This document shows, in pieces, positions 10,737-21,248 of a stretch of DNA of 64,000 nucleotides (the first letter of the stretch is position 1; each line of letters opens with the position of its first letter). A program made the translations under genes and the position numbers. This stretch comes from an uncultured delta proteobacterium (GTDB lineage: Bacteria; Desulfobacterota; Binatia; UBA9968). Location: NCBI GenBank assembly GCA_963816145.1, contig CAWFJP010000030.1, positions 256,001 to 320,000 on the forward strand, written 5' to 3'. The notes beneath the pieces are model-generated. The model did not search any database. It saw nothing but the letters and a program-made list of their open reading frames with translations, and was not told the origin of the DNA.

Positions 10737-11381
10737 TCAGTTCAGCGTCACGTACTTCTCGAGACGCGCCACTTCTTTTTTGTCGACATATTTGCCGATT
10801 TCTTTGCGGAACTGTTCAAGGGTCGTCCAGGGGCGGTATTCTTTGAACTCACGCACCATGCGCTTACCGGCGCCGGGGATCGACAGAATATCGTCATCGC
10901 TGGCGCTATTAAGATTCACCGGCACAAAGACGTACTGCTCCAAGCGCGCGACTTCTTTGACATCGACATACTTGCCGATCTCCTTGCGAAACTGGCCGAT
11001 GGTCTTGTACGGCCGATATTCGCGGAACTCACGCACCATGCGACTGCCGGCGCCAGGGATCATCAATATTTCCTCTTGGCTGGCCGTGTTCAGGTTGATC
11101 TGCACAAACATCTTACCGTAGAGTTCGGCGAGCTGTTCTTTGCTCAAAGATTTCGCCAACAGTGCATTGAGATCGGCCATCTGCAAGAACGGCCGCTGTT
11201 CGAGAATACTTTTGACGATCGCCGCATTCATGTGCGGCAAGGCGAGCAGATCCTTTTCGCTGGCGAGGTCGGGGTTGACCAATTGCGATTGGCCGACTTG
11301 GCCGTGTGTCACAGAGATCCCGCTCAGAGCGAGCGCAACTGAAACAAAAACCGCAAATGAAAATCGTCGCAATTGAAACAT
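10737..11381 (-). CDS. Secreted helix-hairpin-helix (ComEA-like) repeat protein
   Basis: Signal peptide; two near-identical ~60 aa units (INLNTASQEEILMIPGAG / VNLNSASDDDILSIPGAG) plus a divergent first unit (VNPDLASEKDLLALP). Confidence 0.8.
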   Translation of the reverse strand: MFQLRRFSFAVFVSVALALSGISVTHGQVGQSQLVNPDLASEKDLLALPHMNAAIVKSILEQRPFLQMADLNALLAKSLSKEQLAELYGKMFVQINLNTASQEEILMIPGAGSRMVREFREYRPYKTIGQFRKEIGKYVDVKEVARLEQYVFVPVNLNSASDDDILSIPGAGKRMVREFKEYRPWTTLEQFRKEIGKYVDKKEVARLEKYVTLN

Positions 11382-11382
11382 T

Positions 11383-11853
11383 CTAATCTCCCTGTTCGTT
11401 CGACTGTTTTAGCACCGGATGCTTGTAAGTGTAAGCCAAACCCAAAAGTCCTAACTGGACCATCGCGCCCGGCGCTAGCAACGGCGGGGTCTTGGCGCGG
11501 ATCGCTTGCCAAAATAACGCCATACCAGCCAAAGTCGGCTGCGATTCTAGTTTGAATTCGGCGCTGCCTTGAAAATGAAAGTAGACTCCCGCAATACCGG
11601 CAGCAACAAAACTCCCCATCACCCAGCGCATCAGCCGAAGACTTGCGGCGCCCCCGTTCGCGCTGTGCCACGCCAGCACCGCGCCTCCTGCCCCGAGCAA
11701 TACTAAGGGCACCCATTGAATAGGATCTTCCGTGTGCTTGAGCAAGATCAGTTCCGTCAGGCTCCCCGCCATACCGAGCGCCAAAATGGCAAGCAGGATC
11801 TTTCTGACCTTGTCCAAGACCGATCGCTCATCGGTCGAGTTTATTTCCGCCAT
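11383..11853 (-). CDS. Hypothetical membrane protein (about 4 TM segments)
   Basis: Hydrophobic segments; ends 1 nt before the HhH gene start, suggesting an operon. Confidence 0.7.
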   Translation of the reverse strand: MAEINSTDERSVLDKVRKILLAILALGMAGSLTELILLKHTEDPIQWVPLVLLGAGGAVLAWHSANGGAASLRLMRWVMGSFVAAGIAGVYFHFQGSAEFKLESQPTLAGMALFWQAIRAKTPPLLAPGAMVQLGLLGLAYTYKHPVLKQSNEQGD

Positions 11854-12110
11854 ATTCTAAGCCGCTCGGAGCATCGCATCAGATACATATCGATTGGACG
11901 AGTCGCTGCTGAAACTGGTGTACGGCCGCGCCTGCAATAATTTAAAATAATACCTATTCCCAGAATATAGAAAGTCCCATCAGGAGATTCCACCCGTTAG
12001 GAATGATGCACTGCTAACGACGCGAATTCCGTCGAATATTTACCGCAAGCAATCTGGCGCAGCGTTTGCAGTTGAGCCTCAACGAACAATTTTTCCATCG
12101 GAGGTTTGCA

Positions 12111-12356
12111 ATGAATCGGCATCTTCTACAAGGCATCGTCGTCGGCGCGCTGTTCGCGCTGCCGATCACCTGGATCGCCGCCTCGGACGCTTTAGCCGCA
12201 GGCAATTTTTTTGAGATACTCGCCAGCACAGTATTCGGCTTAGCCGCCGGACTCTGCGTCGGCGCTCTGATCGCGGCTAACTTCGCCATGTTGGCGCTGG
12301 AAGAAAAGGAACACGTGGTGGCACATCGACACGCGGAAGCTCACGCCCACGCGTGA
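12111..12356 (+). CDS. Small hypothetical membrane protein with His-rich C-terminus
   Basis: GGAGG RBS before ATG 12111; two TM segments; ends HRHAEAHAHA. Confidence 0.6.
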   Translation: MNRHLLQGIVVGALFALPITWIAASDALAAGNFFEILASTVFGLAAGLCVGALIAANFAMLALEEKEHVVAHRHAEAHAHA

Positions 12357-12380
12357 GCCAGGCTGAAGACCCTCGGTCTG

Positions 12381-12454
12381 CGCCGCGGAGACGCGGAGAC
12401 CTCCGAGCGTTTTGTTACAAAAGGCTCTGTGATCTCCGCGTCCTTTGTGGTGAA
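12381..12454. repeat. Palindromic element with 9-bp-period inverted ends
   Basis: CGCCGCGGAGACGCGGAGAC...CTCTGTGATCTCCGCGTCCTTTGTGGTGAA; same family as 23819-24013. Confidence 0.6.
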
Positions 12455-12549
12455 TTATTCTCCTGTTATCGTCGAACCGCACAGCATTACGGGTTCTCGA
12501 TCCTGGTGAAAAATCCTTCGCTTCTCCGTTCGCGAAGCAACGAAACATC

Positions 12550-12880
12550 AATTGACTCAGCTGCCCTGGCGCCTTTCAACTTCGGCGTGGCGTGGCCGCG
12601 AAGTCTTAGACCTGGATCCGAATCGCTTCGTCGATGGTGGCAACGATTACCGGCGACGCCCGTTGCGCGGCTACCGCATTACCGGTTGCTGCCGCTTCCG
12701 CCGTCAAGTGCACAGCGCCAGCCAAGAGCGCGCTAACCATCACACTGCCGGCGTCAATTTGGACCATTTTAAATTCCACGCCGTACTTCTCAAAGATCCC
12801 GTTAACACGGCCGACCCATAGCGGGGTGCGATTTCCCGTGACCGAACAGAATCTTGGTTGGCATCGACACCGTCCATTTT
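12550..12880 (-). pseudogene. Decayed NMT1/SsuA-type solute-binding protein fragment
   Basis: Minus frame reads NRTPLWVGRVNGIFEKYGVEFKMVQIDAGSVMVSALLAGAVHL and then hits stops; compare IAPLWIAHEQKFFAKYGVE in 61988..62995. Confidence 0.55.
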
Positions 12881-13126
12881 CCCTTGTCGAATCTCGGCAA
12901 ATCTAGTCCTGCCCCGAGTATCGGTGAAGCGATCATGTCAGCTCATGACGGTTCGGTATGGCAGGCCCCGCTCTCTGATCGGGACGAGTGTAAGCTCAAA
13001 TCTGTCATTTCGAGCAAAGCGAGAAATCTCTCCCATTCGGAGCACGGCGCCAAAAACGAAAAACTCGGCATCACGGCCGACTCGCTGAGTCAATTCCGGC
13101 ATCTAACGAGCAAATTGCTTCGCGCC

Positions 13127-14365
13127 TTAGATCTCCCTAGATTGAATTCGAGGACCCTTCGGGTGGCGAAATCTCAACAGCACCGTGGCCGCCGCCATGA
13201 AGCAGATAGTCGCCGCTGCGCCTACTGTCCAGTTAACACCGACAACAGAAGCGGAACTCCCCAATAGCAGCCCGCCGATCGACCAGAGCCCCCGGTCCAT
13301 AAAGAAAAAACTCAACACGCGGCCGAGCAAATGCGGCGGCGTCACCGATTGCAAGGCGGTATTGAGGCAAGCGCGAAAGGCGATAAAACAAAAACCCACC
13401 GAAACCAATAGACCCAGGGACAAAATAAAATAGTGAGACCAGGCGAACAGACCGAGAAAAACTCCGTAACCGAGTACGAAGACACACATCCAAGACAAAC
13501 TCGGCCTGTGGTCGCCCAACGAAGCTAGCCACAACCCAGCGGTGGTAGCGCCGATGCCCGGGGCTGCGGCGAGCAGACCGAAACCGGTGGCACCGACGTG
13601 GAGCACGCTGGTTGCGAAGACGGGTACAAATGTTGCGTAGGGCGCGCCGATCATTGCCACCACATAGGACAATGCAATCGTCGAAAACAATTGGGAGTTA
13701 CCGCGCAGATAACTGAACCCTTCTTTGACCTCGGTCCACAAAGCGCTGCTCTTGGCTTTGGCGCGCCACGGCGGCAGATCCATCTGCTGCAAGGTAAAAA
13801 TCAACGCGAGAAAGCTCAAGGCATTGACCAGAAAACAGCCCTCCACATCGACGAGAGCAATCACAATCCCGCCGATGGACGGGCCGAGGATGCGCGAGAG
13901 ATTGAATACCGAAGAATGGAGCGCGATCGCGTTAGCCAAATCCTCCTTGGGTACCAGGTCGTTAACCAGAGACTGGCGTGCGGTCTGATTGATGGTGTTC
14001 ACGACGCCCAGAAAGCAAGCGAGAATAAGCACATGCCAGTAGCGAATCACGCCAAAAAAAACTACCAACCAGTAAATCGCGGCTTGCAGCATGCCGAGTC
14101 CTTGCGTGAGCATCACTAATCGGCGCCGTTCGAATCGATCGGTCAGCACGCCACCGATGGCGCCGAGGAGCAATCGCGGCATGCTGTCAAAAAAACCCAC
14201 GAGTCCCAATAACAGCGGCGATTTCGTCAGATGCCATACCAACCAGGCCTGCGCGACGTTTTGCATGAAATCGCCGGCGTTGGACAGCAACGCGCCGAGC
14301 AATAGAAGGCGGAAGTTACGATTGCGCAGAGAACGCAGCGTTTTGAAGCGAGCTAAACTGGGCAT
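13127..14365 (-). CDS. MFS transporter (MFS_3/DHA3-like)
   Basis: NFRLLLLG, GGVLTDRFERRRL, LLGRVLS. Confidence 0.9.
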   Translation of the reverse strand: MPSLARFKTLRSLRNRNFRLLLLGALLSNAGDFMQNVAQAWLVWHLTKSPLLLGLVGFFDSMPRLLLGAIGGVLTDRFERRRLVMLTQGLGMLQAAIYWLVVFFGVIRYWHVLILACFLGVVNTINQTARQSLVNDLVPKEDLANAIALHSSVFNLSRILGPSIGGIVIALVDVEGCFLVNALSFLALIFTLQQMDLPPWRAKAKSSALWTEVKEGFSYLRGNSQLFSTIALSYVVAMIGAPYATFVPVFATSVLHVGATGFGLLAAAPGIGATTAGLWLASLGDHRPSLSWMCVFVLGYGVFLGLFAWSHYFILSLGLLVSVGFCFIAFRACLNTALQSVTPPHLLGRVLSFFFMDRGLWSIGGLLLGSSASVVGVNWTVGAAATICFMAAATVLLRFRHPKGPRIQSREI

Positions 14366-14589
14366 GGCTTGAGAATTCTCATCATAATTCCATTTAGTTT
14401 TACGTGAATTATTATGCGACGCAATCCAGACGGAATACCGCCCGTCAGCGCGATTGATCGTTGCGGACGAGTCTGCTGGATCGTGGCAAGACGATCGCGT
14501 TCAGAAGGATGAACAGCGAGAATTTCTTGCAGAGCTTCACGAAGGATGCAGACTACGCTCATGACATTGATCGTCACAAGCGCCGTGGC

Positions 14590-15246
14590 AACGCCGCCGC
14601 CTTTGCTCAAAGAAGTCGGCAGCTTCATCGTCAACGGCGAAGTGATCCCCAAAGACGGCATCGTCCAGTTCACCTACGAGCCCGCCTGGCCGATCTTTCA
14701 CTTCGGTCCCAATCCCGATGAATGATGGCCCAATGCGAAATTTTCCAAGGATCATTTAGACCAATACATGGCCCGACTCGTGCCCAACACCGAAGCGACG
14801 CTGCCGCAGCCGCGGCGTAAAACCGTCGACGCGCCGATCGCCCTGTTGGAAAAAATCGGCCCGTCGATCTTGATGGTCCACTCCCACTCCGGCGTCTACG
14901 GCGCGCTCAACGCGATCGCTGGTCCCGACTTGGTGAAAGGTTTTCTCAACGCCGAAGGCCGAACCGGCTGCGACCCGAACCTAGAGCAGATCAACATCAT
15001 CGCCAAAGTGCCGATGCTGGTGGCCGCCGTCGATCACGAATGGAACAGCGAAGAGCAATGCCGCAAAGCCCTGCCGCCGTCAACGCCGCCGGCGGCAGGT
15101 CGGCCTTCCTAGCCCCCTACGATCAAAGCGTACGCGGCAACACCCATATGATGATGGACTTGAATAATCTCCAGGTCGCCGACTGGATTTTGGCGTGGGT
15201 CGAAAAGAATGTACCAAAGAAGCTGGCAGCAGTGGGCAAAAAGTAG
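14590..15246 (+). pseudogene. Fragmented alpha/beta-hydrolase (esterase-like)
   Basis: LLEKIGPSILMVHSHSG (nucleophile elbow) and VRGNTHMMM.DLNNLQVADWILAWVEKNV lie in different frames; no intact N-terminus. Confidence 0.65.
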
Positions 15247-15301
15247 GGCGTCCTAGCGATCTTCGCACACAATCGGCGCGTGGACTACCACAAACGATGG
15301 A

Positions 15302-17270
15302 CTACTTATCGCCAGTGGTCGAACGAGTCGCAGTCAATCGCCGCAGCGCTTCATCCTCTGAAATCAACTCCAATTCAGCCAACAAACGTTCCAGATTTTC
15401 CCCGCCGAGGGTCTGGCCTCGATGCGCCGTGATCACCGCCGCCATCTCGGCAACCGTCGGCGATTGAAACAAGGATCGAAGCGGCAGCTCCAGCCGGAGC
15501 TGTTGAACGATTTGGGACACGATCCGTGTAGTAGCGAGAGAATCACCTTCCTTATCATAAAAGTTATCATGGATACCGTCGCGCTCTAGCTCCAAGACCT
15601 CTTGCCAACTCCCGGCTCGCTGTCGTTCGACTACTGAATTGGGCTCGACGTAGACGGACTTTGGATGATCCGGACGAAGGCTCGTCGGGGCCGGCCAGGC
15701 GTGGCGATCGATTTTTCCATTGAGATTCAGCGGCAGGGCGCAAGTTGGACGAATCCTGAGGGAATCAGGAAGTCGGGGGTTTTTCTTTGAGATAGCTTCG
15801 TAACGACTCGACCTTGGGCGCCGGAGATTGAGCTGCGATAAAGTAGCCAACCAGTTTTTCTACGCCTGATTTCCTAGTCATGCCCAGTACCACCGCATCC
15901 TTCACACCGAGATGTTCCATCAAGACTCGCTCGCCTTGTTCCGGCTCGACGCGATAACCGCGGATCTTGATCTGAAAATCTTTGCGCCCCAAATGAAGCA
16001 AACCGCACTGTGCCGTCATGCGCCCAAGATTGCCGGTGAGATAAATCCGCTCGCCGCTACCCTGCGGATAGAGGCAAAACTTTTCGCCACTTAGTTCCGG
16101 TAGTTGCCAATAACCCGAAGCGATGAAGCGACTCTTGGCGCGATCTGGTCCGTCGCGCCAAACAAAACAGGTTCGCCCTTGTCGTCGAGGATCAGCAACT
16201 CCTTGCCTTCAAGCGCCCAGCCCAGCGGCAGCGGGCCAGGACTGATCGCTGTCGACCGGTCCATCAGCCGCCAACTGATGGTTTGCGTTTCAGTGGCGCC
16301 AATTCGATGCAGGAAGACGCTGTCATGAGGAAAATGTTTTTGGTAACTCTCGACATCGCTGTGAAACACGGGAGCGCCGGATAAGTGCGCCGGGCGCAAA
16401 GCCGGAAACCGTTCCCCCGACGCCAGACTTTCGATCATCCGTCGATATACCGTCGGAATGGAATGCCAGACGGTAATCTCGTCACGGCGGAACCAAGCGG
16501 CTAGGCCTCAAACGCCCAATGCCGCCACGTCGTACGGAAACAGACACGCGCCCGTGAGGAGCGCAGCAAAGAGGTGAAGCTCGCAGGCGCGAAAGCTTAG
16601 GGAATGAAGCAGTGTAAGCCGATCATGGCGGCTCACAGGAACCTGGTTCACTGAATAACGGATCTCGTGGAGCGTGTTTAGTTGCATTTCCGCGACTCCT
16701 TTGAAGCGGCCCGTCGATCCGGAAGTATGCAATATTTACGCGTAATAATCGCCGGTGATCGGTATTCCCGGATTGTCATCGCGCGCCGTGCTGTCGGCGT
16801 CCTCCATCAAGACCGTTCGATACCCGTTGCAGAAGAGGTCAGCAACGGTCGCGCTAATCGATCGGTCGGTAATGATAACCGCCGCAGCGCGGTCCTGCAC
16901 CACCGACACGTTGCGCGACGGCGGGAATGACGGGTCTAAACGCAAGTAAAACTTACCAGTCCTGAGGATTCCCAGACGCGCCACCACCATCGCCGAGTGA
17001 TCCGTTAAACAAATCCCGATCGGTTCCGGCCCGCTGCCGCGGAAAGACACAATTATGGTGATCGAGCCGATTCGCCGCCCGGTTCAATCGATCGAAAGTA
17101 AAGCTCCGATCTCCCTGTTTCAAGGCTAATCGATCCGGATAGAGCCGCACGACTTTCTCAAACCTTGCGGCGATCGATTGCCCGACTTCTTCGGCGGCGA
17201 ATTCGCTAAAGCCGCTGCCGAGATGCCAACACTTGTCCCACAGAATCTCTTGCTCCGCCAGCGACTTCAA
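15302..17270 (-). pseudogene. Degraded NRPS-like adenylation + carrier (A-T) gene
   Basis: Pieces in at least six frames: SIAARFEKVVRLYPD, HTSGSTGRFKGV, IGATET, GRKDFQIKIRGYRVE, NGKIDR, GIHDNFYDKEGDSL, LRSLFQSPTVAEMA; paralog of 17980..19944. Confidence 0.85.
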
Positions 17271-17602
17271 TCCAATACACCTAAGGATCTTCGCGAAACT
17301 CCAATTGGTTCCATAGCCGGTATCCTTGTCCTCATCATAAAATCGATTACCACGGCCACTTAAGCTTGCGAACTCGGATTGAGGCGACAAATGCTCAGCC
17401 ACCCCACCAAAACCGATTAGTAATACATACCGAAAGAGACTCGATCGGTTGAGCATCCGGTCAGCGTGTTCGACGATAGCATTTGAGAAACCTGGAGTGA
17501 ATACGTTAGTGACGCCAACACAAATATTCGGCTAAACTAGCGAGATAGCTGCGAACATACGATTGCGCCATCAAGATCTGGCATGGAAAATAAAGCTTTA
17601 AC

Positions 17603-17634
17603 TCTTTCATCACACCATCTTTCATCACACCATC
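17603..17634. repeat. 15-bp tandem duplication TCTTTCATCACACCA x2
   Basis: Seen directly in the sequence. Confidence 0.85.
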
Positions 17635-17696
17635 CTGACGACCCGACTGCTATCCGGTATAATTGCACGGAACATCCGCTGCAAAAATGTCCGCGG

Positions 17697-17791
17697 TGAT
17701 GGGTCTGAACAATCTCCAAGTCACCGACTGGATTTTTGCCCGAGCCGAAAAGAATGTGCCGAAGAAAGCGGCGGCGATGAGCAGAAAATAA
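17697..17791 (+). pseudogene. Second copy of the alpha/beta-hydrolase 3' end
   Basis: Encodes MGLNNLQVTDWIFARAEKNVPKKAAAMSRK*, matching MDLNNLQVADWILAWVEKNVPKKLAAVGKK* at ~15150-15246. Confidence 0.75.
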
Positions 17792-17979
17792 GTTCGCTGT
17801 AGAGTCCGATGACGCCAAAATCTCGTGACAGATTTCGTTGAAGGACAATCAGTTCAAACTCAGCCTGCGAATGGAGGACATCGCCCAATAACCGATGCCG
17901 ATCCGGCTTTATCTGTTGCCCGGCTTTTCTTCGGCTCTCTCGGAGGATCGTGCAAGGACGAAAGACTCAGAAGGACAAA

Positions 17980-19944
17980 CTACTTTTTGGTGATGGTCGA
18001 ATTAACTTCCTTCACAAGAAGCTGAGCTTCAGCGTCCGACAGCAACGCTAATTCGTCTAAGATGGTTGCTAACTGGTCTTCGTCCAACCTCTTCCCTTGA
18101 TGCTCGGTGATCACCGCGGCCATTTCAGCAATGGTCGGAGACTGAAATAGCGATTGCAGTGGTATCTCTAACTGATACTGCACGAAAATCCTCGACACCA
18201 CTCGGGCTGCTGACAGCGAGTGGCCTCCCAGATCGAAAAAGTTGTCGTGTATACCTATGGGGTGAACAGCAAGAACCCTTTCCCAAATCTTCACTAAGCT
18301 ATCTTCGGTCTCATCCTGTGGCTGCGCGTAGGGTATGCCAAGCTCCGGGCGCTCTTGGTCTGGTTCAGGCAAGGCTTTGCGGTCGAGCTTGCCGTTGGCG
18401 GTAGTTGGTAGGGCTTTCATCCTCACAAATACTGCGGGTATCATGTAATCGGCGAGTACGTTACTCAAGTATTTCCGTAACTCACGTGTTGTCGGACCCT
18501 TCTCAATTGAAGATGTAAAATAAGCGGCGAGCCGACTCTCTCCCAATTTATCTTTTCGATCCACGACAACCGCGTCGCGGATGGCCTTATGACTGCGGAG
18601 GGACGCCTCAACCTCGTTAAGATCCACACCATGGCCCCGAATCTTAATCCGGGCGTCCTTGCGCCCTTTGTGCACCAAGCAGCCGTCGGGGAGCATTAAC
18701 CCAAGGTCCCCGGTGAAGTAAAGCCGCTTGGTCGGATCCTCTGGATCGTGCTTGAATTTTGCAGCGGTCAACTCCGGATTATGCCAATAGCCCAATGAAA
18801 GATGGGAACTGCGTACGACGATTTCACCGACCTCATGGTACCCAACCTGATCACCGTTATCGTCGAGAAGTAGAATTTCATTTCCAGGTGTGGGATAACC
18901 CACCGGCACATCGTCCTCCGTTAATTGGTTGTATCCGTCAAAATAAAAATAAGCCAGGTCATGTGTTTCGCTAGAGGAGAGACCGTTAGCGAGAAGGCTG
19001 TTATGGGAAAAATGCTTCTTGTACAGCTCAATGTCAGATTTCCTGGCGTGATCGCTTCGCAGTTTCAGCACGCGCAACTCTGGAAATTCGTCTTCGGTAG
19101 TCAACACCTCGCAGAGTTGTCTATACAATGGTGAAGCAATGTGGCAGATAGTTGGTTTTTGGTTCTTTAAGTAATCGCGTAGCTCCGCGGCGCTTGCTTG
19201 CTGCGCGGTAAACGGCAAAAGCGCAGCTCCGTTCAGGAGCGCGTAGAAGCATTCCTGGACAGCATTTGATGTTCCTGACGAGAGATTTGAGACTCGGTCT
19301 GATGGACAGCAGCGGAACACATTAGTGCGCAGCATGATACTGTGCAAGAATATTCTGTGAGTATTCACGACTGCCTTCGGTCTCCCCGTGGAACCAGAGG
19401 TATATGCAATTAAGGCTATGTCGTCCGGCGAAATCACTAAATTTGGGTTCTCGCCAGAAAAGTCTTTATCTTCCGTATCGCAAGCTAAGACTCTCGCGCT
19501 TTCTGCCATCAATTGTGTTGCCGCCCCCGTGTTGCGTAAGTCTGCTATCATGAATTGTGTTGAGCAATCATCAAGGATCATGCGCATTCGATTTTCCGGG
19601 AGAGACGGCTCTACGATCACGAAAAAGTGTCCCGCTTTTATGACTGCGATCATCGCTGCAATCTGCTTGATTCCCTTCTCAAACAACAACGCGATGGGTT
19701 CGTTGGAGGGGAGGGACCGTGCGATGAGATTATGAGCCATCTGATTGGCTACGGCATTTAACTGGGAGTAACTTACAAGCTCATGATCGGTCTCAATTGC
19801 GGTATGATCAGGATACTGCCGTACAATCTTCTCAAACCGTTCAGGGATCGAGGTCTCGACATCTTCCTTAGGAAACTCAATAAACATTCCAGAAGCGTGA
19901 AAGCATCTAGCCTGAATCGCTTCTTGTTCCGGCGGTAACTTCAT
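17980..19944 (-). CDS. Standalone NRPS-like adenylation-thiolation (A-PCP) didomain protein
   Basis: YTSGSTGRPK (A3), YFTGDLG (A7), GRKDARIKIRG (A8), NGKLDR (A10), PCP motif FFDLGGHSL; RBS AGAGGAGG. Confidence 0.9.
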   Translation of the reverse strand: MKLPPEQEAIQARCFHASGMFIEFPKEDVETSIPERFEKIVRQYPDHTAIETDHELVSYSQLNAVANQMAHNLIARSLPSNEPIALLFEKGIKQIAAMIAVIKAGHFFVIVEPSLPENRMRMILDDCSTQFMIADLRNTGAATQLMAESARVLACDTEDKDFSGENPNLVISPDDIALIAYTSGSTGRPKAVVNTHRIFLHSIMLRTNVFRCCPSDRVSNLSSGTSNAVQECFYALLNGAALLPFTAQQASAAELRDYLKNQKPTICHIASPLYRQLCEVLTTEDEFPELRVLKLRSDHARKSDIELYKKHFSHNSLLANGLSSSETHDLAYFYFDGYNQLTEDDVPVGYPTPGNEILLLDDNGDQVGYHEVGEIVVRSSHLSLGYWHNPELTAAKFKHDPEDPTKRLYFTGDLGLMLPDGCLVHKGRKDARIKIRGHGVDLNEVEASLRSHKAIRDAVVVDRKDKLGESRLAAYFTSSIEKGPTTRELRKYLSNVLADYMIPAVFVRMKALPTTANGKLDRKALPEPDQERPELGIPYAQPQDETEDSLVKIWERVLAVHPIGIHDNFFDLGGHSLSAARVVSRIFVQYQLEIPLQSLFQSPTIAEMAAVITEHQGKRLDEDQLATILDELALLSDAEAQLLVKEVNSTITKK

Positions 19945-20016
19945 ACGGCCTCCTCTAGACTCACTCGCGGGAGTTTCATTCGTTCCATGGTGCGCGGTGA
20001 TATCCGAATTAGCCGT

Positions 20017-20044
20017 ATTATATGATCGAATTTACTCTTGACAA
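20017..20044 (-). promoter_or_regulatory. Putative sigma70 promoter of the A-PCP gene
   Basis: Minus strand TTGTCA-N16-TATAAT about 75 nt upstream of ATG 19944. Confidence 0.55.
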
Positions 20045-20365
20045 GTAAGGTAGCGGTGAGGATTTTTGCCCTGTAGAATTAAAGGAGATCGAAGGAAATC
20101 GCGGTAAGGAAAAGGTGAGTTGGCAGATCTCGGATTTAGCTTAAAAACTGAAAATCCAAATAGTTAACAAACAAATCTAGATGAAGGATTTCGCTCACGA
20201 CCTGTGCAGGGTAGATGCCCGAATTTCGCCGTAGGATTGACCGGTACGACGTTTCGTTTAAGTCCGAGTAGTGACGACTACGCGGGAAATAGGCTACACT
20301 ATTGTTTCTCGTACTTGGCCATCGCGTCCAACAGATCAATATCGTTACCCGGGGAGAATTTCTCA

Positions 20366-21052
20366 ATGAGTGCTCGTATCATCAGTTTCCCAGTCGCCTT
20401 GATTAGCGTTCTTCTATTCCTTTCGCGATCACCTTACCTATTCGCCGCCGACTCCGCCGCCGCGCTCACCGTACGCGACTCAGGCACGCCACTCTATGCG
20501 CAGCAGGATCCTGAGACCGAGCCGATTATGCGGTTGCAGAAGGGCGAAACTCTGACGCCGATGGCCGAGAGCGTCGGCCAGGAGATCTGGTACATGGTGC
20601 GCACCAAGCAAGGCCAGATCGGCTGGGTACGGGCGGCGGACCTGACTGTCAGCAGTCAAGTTAAGGAATCGTTCAAGGAGAAAGAGCCGGCATCCTCCAG
20701 CTGGGGCGCCGTGACTGAAGACGGCAAAGCCTTCGGCGGTAGCTACACCGTCGATCCGAGTTCGACGGGAAGCGTTGCGCGCGGCTTCTGGACATTGCGC
20801 GACGCCAACGGCAGCACCGTGCTGCGCGGTTCCTGGTCGATGCAGTTGCATAAAACCGGGTGGAACGGCACCTGGAGAGCTGCGGTCGAAGGCCGGGGCG
20901 GCGATTTCACCGGCAGTTGGTCGGCCGAGCTGCCGACGGCGCGCACGGGTCGTATCGCCGATATGTTCGAAATGGCGGCCAAGGAAGCGGTCAAAGGCTT
21001 ATGGACCGGCGCCAATCAGTCCGGCAGCTGGTCGATCAAGACCTTCAAATAA
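20366..21052 (+). CDS. Secreted SH3b-domain protein with Trp-rich beta C-terminal region, paralog 1
   Basis: Signal peptide; LQKGETLT...WYMVRTKQGQIGWV (SH3b); repeated G(S/T)W motifs. Confidence 0.75.
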   Translation: MSARIISFPVALISVLLFLSRSPYLFAADSAAALTVRDSGTPLYAQQDPETEPIMRLQKGETLTPMAESVGQEIWYMVRTKQGQIGWVRAADLTVSSQVKESFKEKEPASSSWGAVTEDGKAFGGSYTVDPSSTGSVARGFWTLRDANGSTVLRGSWSMQLHKTGWNGTWRAAVEGRGGDFTGSWSAELPTARTGRIADMFEMAAKEAVKGLWTGANQSGSWSIKTFK

Positions 21053-21248
21053 CATCGACAACGTCGAGCGCAGCCGCAAAACCTGCGGTGGCTGCCTAAG
21101 TTTGTTGAAGACTACTGTCGTGCCACGCCAAAATGACGGCTCACGCAGGGTATTGTCGAATCGCAGCACGGGATTGGCCTACCGGCCGTTTCCAGCGTCG
21201 GAGGTCGATTCCGTGGAATCCCATTCGAGAACTGGGGAGAAACGGTCA

